Below, piece by piece: positions 25,792 through 32,000 of a DNA stretch of 32,000 nucleotides. The position numbers and the translations under genes are program-made. Under the pieces are notes generated by a model. That model did no database searches and had not been told where the DNA came from. It was given only the letters and a program-made list of their open reading frames with translations. How positions within the stretch are numbered: position 1 is the first letter of the stretch; every line of letters starts with the position of its first letter. This DNA is from Prochlorococcus sp. MIT 0801 (GTDB taxonomy: Bacteria > Cyanobacteriota > Cyanobacteriia > PCC-6307 > Cyanobiaceae). Where the stretch lies: positions 1,320,001 through 1,352,000 of the forward strand of contig NZ_CP007754.1 of NCBI RefSeq assembly GCF_000757865.1. Reading direction: 5' to 3'.

Positions 25792-26370
25792 ATGAGTCTT
25801 ACCGCGATCGAATGTCCAGATGGTGTGTGTCATAGCCATCACGGTGGCCATGCTGTTCCAAGAACAGCCATGCAAAAGAATCTTCAAAGTCATGGGAAAG
25901 AGTGGTGCGAGCGCTTAGCAGAACGAATTTATGAAATGTCTGTAGACACATTTTCTCAGACAGTCATGCCTAGTCTTCATTCATCTGGATGGCAAAGAAA
26001 ACATCTTGACTGGGAATTCAAGCTAGCGAATAAAGAATCTGAGCCTGATGAAGCGCTGGTTGAGGGAATAATTAATGCTACTGAAAGTTTTTTGAGAAGC
26101 AGTGAAGTTCATCGCTTATTTATCCAAGAACTTATACAAGGAACGTTTGCTGAAGCAAAGGATGACAAATTGCCATCTAAGGCGGTTAGGAAAGTAATAG
26201 AAAATGAAATAATAGTAATGATCGAAGGAAAGAAAGAAGAATTAACAAATAAGATTGCTAAGGCATTGGAAGAAGAAGCAAACGGAGACTTAGAATTAGC
26301 AAAAAATGCAGCTATTGAAGGTATAAACGATGTTGAAAAATTATTGATAAATCATACAGAGGCAGTGTAA
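25792..26370 (+). CDS. Hypothetical protein with a Cys/His-rich N-terminus
   Basis: 192-aa ORF with an ATG start. N-terminal ECPDGVCHSHHGGH, and an acidic helical C-terminal half. No family recognised. Confidence 0.6.
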   Translation: MSLTAIECPDGVCHSHHGGHAVPRTAMQKNLQSHGKEWCERLAERIYEMSVDTFSQTVMPSLHSSGWQRKHLDWEFKLANKESEPDEALVEGIINATESFLRSSEVHRLFIQELIQGTFAEAKDDKLPSKAVRKVIENEIIVMIEGKKEELTNKIAKALEEEANGDLELAKNAAIEGINDVEKLLINHTEAV

Positions 26371-26577
26371 TCAGCCCTTAATTCGTATAATATATCCTAT
26401 TAGATTAACTATCAATACTTCTATCGATAGAGGCATATTTATATCATTTTTCAATTATTAAGGAAATCTAAAATCTTAAGTGATAATTTCGTTTTCCAGA
26501 CAAAACGCTAATTTGTACCAAAAAACACAAGTTAACCACCCATTGGCATGTAAAGGTGTGCTCGTTGGGGATTAATC

Positions 26578-26808
26578 ATGAATGCTTCTTTCAATAAGAG
26601 AATAAGTATTGCGAGCTGTTGGGCTGCCAGCCGAATAGCTTTACTTGATAGCGTGGAAAGATATGAAGATAGTTACGCTATCAGCCAAGAATTTTGTGAA
26701 TGGATTACTTGTATAAACACTTACCCTGAGGGAATAAAAGCCTCAACTTTAAAGGTTCCTGATTTCCAAAGAGAAAATTTTGACGCTGATGAACTTTTAG
26801 AACGTTGA
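26578..26808 (+). CDS. Small hypothetical protein
   Basis: 76-aa ORF with an ATG start preceded by a purine-rich ggggatt. No family recognised. Confidence 0.45.
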   Translation: MNASFNKRISIASCWAASRIALLDSVERYEDSYAISQEFCEWITCINTYPEGIKASTLKVPDFQRENFDADELLER

Positions 26809-26914
26809 TTTTAAATAAATTTGAGATTTAAAAAAATAATCTGATTTATTAATGCTTTAAATACACTTTCACGATTTTTCTAATATCGTATAATTCTGTC
26901 TGATTTGGTATTGC

Positions 26915-28291
26915 ATGCCAGCCGAGAAAAAAGAATTAAAAACTGAGAATTTAGTAATTATAGGTTCAGGACCCGCTGGGTATACAGCTGCCATCTATGC
27001 GGCTAGAGCGAATCTACAACCACTTATTGTTACTGGGTTTGAGAAAGGTGGAATCCCAGGTGGTCAATTAATGACAACAACATTTGTAGAGAATTTCCCA
27101 GGCTTTCCAAATGGAGTTCAAGGCCCAGAATTGATGGATTTAATAAAAGCACAAGCTGTGAGATGGGGAACAAATCTAATTGAAGAAGATGCCATATCAA
27201 TTGACCTAAGCAAAAGACCCTTTTCTATTGTTACTACTACCCAAAAAATCAAAACAAACTCCTTAATTATTTCCACCGGAGCAAGCGCCAATCGTCTAGG
27301 TCTTAAAAATGAAAAATTATTCTGGAGTAAAGGTATTAGTGCCTGTGCAATTTGCGATGGAGCAACCCCTCAATTTAGAAACGAAGAACTTGCCGTAATT
27401 GGAGGAGGGGACTCGGCTTGTGAAGAAGCCGAATATTTAACAAAATATGGAAGCCATGTACATTTGTTAGTCAGATCAAGAAAACTAAGGGCTTCTGCTG
27501 CAATGGCCGATCGAGTAGAAGCAAATCCCAACATTACGATTCATTGGGAGACAGAGCTTTTAGATGTTATCGGTAATGATTGGCTGGAGAAATTAAAAGT
27601 TAAACGAAGAGACTCTAACCAAGAAGATGAAATTTTAGCTAAGGGACTTTTTTATGCAATTGGCCATACTCCCAACACCTCTTTATTTACCAACCAGTTA
27701 AGAACAGACTCAAAAGGTTACTTACTAACAAAACCTGGAAGACCTGAAACCTCATTAGAAGGTGTTTATGCCGCTGGAGATGTTGCTGATTCTGAATGGC
27801 GACAAGGTGTTACTGCGGCAGGCAGCGGTTGCAAAGCAGCTTTAGCTGCTGAAAGATGGCTCACAAAAAACAACTTAGCAACACTTATAAAAAGAGTTGA
27901 ATTAGAGCCCTCAAAAGCTGAGACAACAAAAACTTTAGAAATTAGTAACGAGGTAAATTTTGACCCCGACAAGACATGGCAAAAGGGAAGTTATGCATTA
28001 AGAAAGTTGTATCACGAGACAGAAAAACCTCTCTTCGTAGTTTATACATCCAGCAGTTGTGGCCCTTGTCACATTCTCAAGCCCCAACTTCATAGAGTTC
28101 TTAACGAGTCAAAAGGGAACGCTATAGGTGTTGAAATTGATATTGAAAATGACCAAGATATTGCCAAACAAGCGGAAGTAAGCGGGACTCCAACGGTTCA
28201 ACTTTTTAAAAATAAGGAATTAAAAAAACAATGGAAAGGCGTTAAAGCAAGAAGTGAATATAAAGCCGCATTAGATGAACTAATTAATTAG
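26915..28291 (+). CDS. trxB: NADPH-dependent thioredoxin reductase fused to thioredoxin (NTRC type)
   Basis: 458 aa. FAD motif [16 protein letters not shown], redox-active CAICDG, NADPH motif [12 protein letters not shown]-terminal thioredoxin module carries SCGPCH. Confidence 0.92.
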   Translation: MPAEKKELKTENLVIIGSGPAGYTAAIYAARANLQPLIVTGFEKGGIPGGQLMTTTFVENFPGFPNGVQGPELMDLIKAQAVRWGTNLIEEDAISIDLSKRPFSIVTTTQKIKTNSLIISTGASANRLGLKNEKLFWSKGISACAICDGATPQFRNEELAVIGGGDSACEEAEYLTKYGSHVHLLVRSRKLRASAAMADRVEANPNITIHWETELLDVIGNDWLEKLKVKRRDSNQEDEILAKGLFYAIGHTPNTSLFTNQLRTDSKGYLLTKPGRPETSLEGVYAAGDVADSEWRQGVTAAGSGCKAALAAERWLTKNNLATLIKRVELEPSKAETTKTLEISNEVNFDPDKTWQKGSYALRKLYHETEKPLFVVYTSSSCGPCHILKPQLHRVLNESKGNAIGVEIDIENDQDIAKQAEVSGTPTVQLFKNKELKKQWKGVKARSEYKAALDELIN

Positions 28292-28302
28292 CAATTCAAG
28301 GT

Positions 28303-28572
28303 CTATCTTTTTCGTGGCCCTCCTGGTCTATTGCCACCTTGCCTTCCTCCTCCAGGGCCTATGTTTCTTTCTCTATATGTAATACGTCCACGTGTTAAAT
28401 CATAGGGACTGATTTCAACAAGAACTTTATCTCCTGCAAGCAATTTTATTCTGAATTTTGTTAATTTTCCTGCTGCCCTACATAAGCATTGATGTCCAGC
28501 GGGCTGTTCAAGAGTTACAAGATAAAATCCATTGCCTTGTTCTTTTTCAATAACGCCGGATGTTTCAATCAT
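28303..28572 (-). CDS. infA: Translation initiation factor IF-1 with a Gly/Arg-rich C-terminal extension
   Basis: 89 aa. An S1-like OB core (GVIEKEQGNGFYLVTLE...GKLTKFRIKLLAGDKVLVEISPYDLTRGRITYR) is followed by ERNIGPGGGRQGGNRPGGPRKR. Confidence 0.92.
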   Translation of the reverse strand: MIETSGVIEKEQGNGFYLVTLEQPAGHQCLCRAAGKLTKFRIKLLAGDKVLVEISPYDLTRGRITYRERNIGPGGGRQGGNRPGGPRKR

Positions 28573-28648
28573 GTGTTTTTTTTTGCATCACTAATTAACT
28601 AAAATGATTGTATTCTAAAAAGTCTTTAATTAACCAATAAATGTATAT

Positions 28649-28864
28649 TTAACTAAAAATGTCTTGCAACTCTCTAGCAGTTTGAAATTGTCCATAATAA
28701 TAATTCGCAGAAGCTCTTAAGCCTGCATCAGCTAAACCATCAAAAGCTTCAAAACCAATACTTTTCCATAATTCATTACCACATAACTTATCTAGTTCCG
28801 AAGACGCTTCTTTAGATAGATTTTCTAATCTTCTATTCAGGTTCTTAATTTGACTAATAGACAT
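28649..28864 (-). CDS. Small hypothetical protein
   Basis: 71-aa ORF with an ATG start, lying compactly between infA and ycf39. No family recognised. Confidence 0.5.
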   Translation of the reverse strand: MSISQIKNLNRRLENLSKEASSELDKLCGNELWKSIGFEAFDGLADAGLRASANYYYGQFQTARELQDIFS

Positions 28865-28916
28865 CGCAGAAGGTTGTTTTTCTAATAGTACATATTAACT
28901 ATTTTTTTGCAATAGC

Positions 28917-29879
28917 TTAAATTGGGAATTTCTTTTTTTCTTCAATATCAAGATCAACTCCTATATCTTTAAGCCTTTTCAATATGACTCCGTAATACTC
29001 TTTTATATAACCTTCCATTGTTGTTGTATCAGCTTGATTCAACCCAAAAGCTGTATAAGTATCTTCCATCGGAGCATCCAACTTCCCTCCACTGCCGCTC
29101 AATTCAGAGAAAGAGAGCCTCTCTGCAACATTCAATGTTGGTTCGAAAAACGATACAACTGACTGAGCAATAGAAATTATTGTTGGGGAAACTTTTAATA
29201 CTCTTGCTTTTTTTTCACTGAACTTTTCGCATAAATCAACTAATCCTTTAGCACTCCATGCTTTCGGTCCAACTATTGGAAATCTTCCTTTTATGGTTTG
29301 AGGCCTATCTAAGGCTGCAACAGCAAATCGAGCAATATCCTGCGTATTCATATAAGCAATATCAGTAGGATTTCCACTTATCCAAACTGGTTCATTATTT
29401 AATATGGGAATAGCAAATTGACCTATGGCTCCTTGCATGAAAGCAACACCTTGAAGAATGGTGTAATCCAAGGAGGAACTTACCAGCAATTCTTCAGTAC
29501 AGTATTTGATATCCATTAATGGAATTTCTCTATACTTCTCCGCTGCTAGCAATGATAAGAAGACTACTCTTTTTACATTTTTTTCTTCGCAAGCATTAAA
29601 TAGATTTAATTTTCCATCCCAATCCGTTTCGTAGACGCTGCGTGGATCATCAGGTCTACTGGTTGCTGCATCAATAACAGCATCAACGCCATCAAGTGCA
29701 TACTCAATATCTTCTTTATTTATTAAATTTCCACGAGTCAATTCGCATCCCCACTCTTGAAGAAATGAAGCAGCTTTTGGTTTTCTAACCATACAGCGCA
29801 CTTTATGCCCTGCATCTATGGCGTTTTTGGCTATTTGGCGACCAAGAGTTCCTGTGCCACCAATCACCAGAACTTGCAT
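28917..29879 (-). CDS. ycf39: NmrA-like/atypical short-chain dehydrogenase, Ycf39 homologue
   Basis: MQVLVIGGTGTLGRQIAKNA Rossmann start, typical of Ycf39-type proteins. I prefer the second ATG (29879) to the track start 29891, which adds MNST. Confidence 0.85.
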   Translation of the reverse strand: MQVLVIGGTGTLGRQIAKNAIDAGHKVRCMVRKPKAASFLQEWGCELTRGNLINKEDIEYALDGVDAVIDAATSRPDDPRSVYETDWDGKLNLFNACEEKNVKRVVFLSLLAAEKYREIPLMDIKYCTEELLVSSSLDYTILQGVAFMQGAIGQFAIPILNNEPVWISGNPTDIAYMNTQDIARFAVAALDRPQTIKGRFPIVGPKAWSAKGLVDLCEKFSEKKARVLKVSPTIISIAQSVVSFFEPTLNVAERLSFSELSGSGGKLDAPMEDTYTAFGLNQADTTTMEGYIKEYYGVILKRLKDIGVDLDIEEKKKFPI

Positions 29880-29934
29880 AGTTGAATTCATTACAAGAAT
29901 CGAGCTTAAATGGGCAAACTATGGATTGTGGAAA

Positions 29935-30033
29935 TTAATCACCTTGAAGTTTCAAGAGAAGGACTCCTCCTAAAAGCCCAACGGGTATCAAAACCCAAAA
30001 GACTGCAGCGATTCCAAAAATTTCTGATGCCAT
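29935..30033 (-). CDS. petM: Cytochrome b6-f complex subunit 7 (PetM)
   Basis: Not in the ORF track because it is too short. My manual translation of the complement gives [32 protein letters not shown] (32 aa, ATG to TAA). This is a single transmembrane helix ending in the KLQG motif characteristic of PetM. Confidence 0.8.
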   Translation of the reverse strand: MASEIFGIAAVFWVLIPVGLLGGVLLLKLQGD

Positions 30034-30175
30034 TCAGATAACTTAACTCATTACTATTAAAACCTAAAGACCTTACATTCAGGCCACAATCGAAAGGCAT
30101 GAGCAAATTTTTAAAATAAACTTAAAATGAAACTATAAATAATAAAAAACAAAGTTAAAGTAATTTTTGATCTAA

Positions 30176-31147
30176 ATGCAGCAAAATATTCTTAATAAAG
30201 AGTCTTTAATGGGATCTCCAGATTGGGGTGAGTCTAAATATTGGAGCTACAAAGATCTTAGGGTTCACTTCAGAGAGACTGGAAAGGAATCTGATCCTCC
30301 CATAGTTTTAGTTCATGGGTTTGGAGCTAGCTGTGATCACTGGAGAAATAATGCAGAAATATTTGCATCAGAAGGTTTTAGGGTCTTCGGAATAGATTTA
30401 ATTGGTTTTGGGAAATCAGAGCAAAATCTTCCAAGAAAAATAAATCATTTAGATAATCAATTTTGGGCAAATCAATTAGCTTCTTTTCTTGATGAAATTG
30501 TAGACATTCAAAAGAACGGAAAGGTTATATTGATTGGAAATTCATTGGGAGCTTTAACAGCAATAACAATTCTCTCTAACAGACCAGAGTTAATAAAAAC
30601 AATAATTGCAGCACCACTACCAGAGCCAGTTTTTGTTAATCCAATTAAATTTTATTTTCCAAATTGGCTTTTAAAAGTTAAAAGTTTTTTGATAAAGATT
30701 GTATTTCATTTATTTCCACTTAAAGCCTTAGTAAATTTAATATCAAAAACAAAATTAATTACTTTTGCTCTTCAAAGCGCCTATTTTCGCACAATTTCAA
30801 ATGACACTGCACTAAAAAGGATAGTTACAGTCCCTGCCAGGAGAGTCAATGCCTCCAAAGCTCTTAGAGCTATGTGCATAGGAATGAGCAATAGACCAAA
30901 TTCTGCAAAAGGTCCGTCTATTATTGACAAAATTCAAAACCTACCAAATCGTCCACCAATTTTATTAATTTGGGGCAAACAGGATAAATTGATACCTATA
31001 TTTTTAGCAAAAAAACTAATAAAGCTCCATCCTTGGATTAAATTAACGGTAATTAATGAATCAGGCCATTGTCCCCACGATGAATTACCGGAACATTTCA
31101 ATCAAATTGTTATGAGATGGCTTAAGAGCTTAAAAACTTCTAAGTAA
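30176..31147 (+). CDS. Alpha/beta-fold hydrolase
   Basis: 323 aa. [11 protein letters not shown] oxyanion region, nucleophile elbow GNSLGA, C-terminal SGHCPHDE. Confidence 0.8.
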   Translation: MQQNILNKESLMGSPDWGESKYWSYKDLRVHFRETGKESDPPIVLVHGFGASCDHWRNNAEIFASEGFRVFGIDLIGFGKSEQNLPRKINHLDNQFWANQLASFLDEIVDIQKNGKVILIGNSLGALTAITILSNRPELIKTIIAAPLPEPVFVNPIKFYFPNWLLKVKSFLIKIVFHLFPLKALVNLISKTKLITFALQSAYFRTISNDTALKRIVTVPARRVNASKALRAMCIGMSNRPNSAKGPSIIDKIQNLPNRPPILLIWGKQDKLIPIFLAKKLIKLHPWIKLTVINESGHCPHDELPEHFNQIVMRWLKSLKTSK

Positions 31148-31151
31148 AAAT

Positions 31152-31655
31152 ATGAAGCACACACTTTCAGTTTTAGTTGAGGATGAGTCTGGAGCATTAA
31201 GCAGGATTGCAGGCCTTTTTGCACGTAGAGGATTTAATATTGACAGCCTTGCTGTTGGTCCTGCAGAAGCCAAAGGGATATCTAGATTAACAATGGTCGT
31301 TCAAGGTGACGAATCGACGCTTCAACAAATGACCAAACAACTCAACAAATTAATAAATGTTTTAGAAGTTCTCGATTTAACAACTTTACCTGCTGTAGAA
31401 AGAGAGTTAATGCTCTTGAAAGTCTCGGCATCATCTCAAAACAGAGGAAAAATATTAGATCTTGTTCAAGTCTTTAGAGCAAAAGTTGTAGATGTTTCGG
31501 ATAGTGCTCTGACACTTGAAGTTGTTGGAGATCCAGGCAAACTTGTTGCTCTAGAAAATTTATTGAAGCCTTATGGAATTTTAGAAATCGCGAGAACAGG
31601 TAAAGTTGCTCTTAAGAGGGCCTCAGGTGTAAACACAGAAATGTTAAAAAGCTAA
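31152..31655 (+). CDS. ilvH: Acetolactate synthase small (regulatory) subunit
   Basis: 167 aa. The N-terminal ACT domain [37 protein letters not shown] is typical of IlvH/IlvN. Confidence 0.93.
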   Translation: MKHTLSVLVEDESGALSRIAGLFARRGFNIDSLAVGPAEAKGISRLTMVVQGDESTLQQMTKQLNKLINVLEVLDLTTLPAVERELMLLKVSASSQNRGKILDLVQVFRAKVVDVSDSALTLEVVGDPGKLVALENLLKPYGILEIARTGKVALKRASGVNTEMLKS

Positions 31656-31671
31656 AAATTAATAGTTTCCC

Positions 31672-32000
31672 TCAAGGTTCAACTCTTTTAGCTTCAATTA
31701 TAAAATCTTCTTCTTGAATTATATCAACTACATTCATACCATTAATCACTTTTCCAAAGACAGCATACCTTCCATCAAGTTCAGGTAAAGACTTTAGTAA
31801 AATATAAAACTGCAAATTTGCTGAATTTACTGATTTAGACCTCGCCATAGATAAATATGATCTTTTATGCTTAAGTTCAATATTATTTATTTGACTAGGC
31901 GCATCAATTTCTTTTCCATATATTGGTAAATTTTTCGTCTTTAGTTTTATTTCCAAGGGAATATATCTTTTCCTTCCTGTTTTAGTATCTATAAACTTAT
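31672..32000 (-). CDS. Peptidyl-prolyl cis-trans isomerase, cyclophilin type (5' end outside the window)
   Basis: The C-terminal cyclophilin blocks are present (LSMARSKSVNSANLQFYILL, LDGRYAVFGKVINGMNVVDII). The frame stays open from 31956 to the window edge (…KFIDTKTGRKRYIPLEIKL…), so the track's TTG start is an artefact of truncation. Confidence 0.85.
   Translation of the reverse strand, partial: KFIDTKTGRKRYIPLEIKLKTKNLPIYGKEIDAPSQINNIELKHKRSYLSMARSKSVNSANLQFYILLKSLPELDGRYAVFGKVINGMNVVDIIQEEDFIIEAKRVEP

Overview
This is an AT-rich, tightly packed bacterial chromosome segment. The gene content (petM, ycf39, an NTRC-type thioredoxin reductase, pntAB, dxr, ilvH, a PKHD hydroxylase, a Gly/Arg-tailed IF-1) and the composition suggest a marine picocyanobacterium, probably a high-light Prochlorococcus; that assignment is inference only. 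From 12.15 to 32 kb the window holds ordinary housekeeping genes: ychF, a membrane-fusion protein, polA, cysS, an NSS transporter, dxr, a hydrolase, pntB/pntA2/pntA1, two small hypotheticals, NTRC, infA, ycf39, petM (missed by the ORF track), a hydrolase, ilvH and a truncated cyclophilin. The region from 1 to 12.2 kb is accessory DNA with an organisation the ORF track does not show. Six direct copies of a 90-155 nt unit divide it into at least five cassettes. Each unit carries a copy of the last 22-31 nt of ychF including the stop codon; copies 2 to 6 also carry ychF downstream flank, and copies 1 to 5 carry a shared arm with phased GTTAGA motifs. This looks like serial site-specific integration into the 3' end of ychF, yet no recombinase gene lies in the window. 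The only mobility relic is a decayed DnaB-like helicase fragment next to one repeat. The cargo is a circularly permuted ATP-grasp / alpha-E / transglutaminase triad; a glycosyltransferase + PKHD hydroxylase + TPR trio; a 623-aa protein with a cupredoxin-like N-terminus and DUF4214 C-terminus; a ferritin-like di-iron protein; and a type IV pilin fused to a C-type-lectin-like domain. I saw no rRNA, tRNA or CRISPR array. All alignments were done by eye and no database search was possible.
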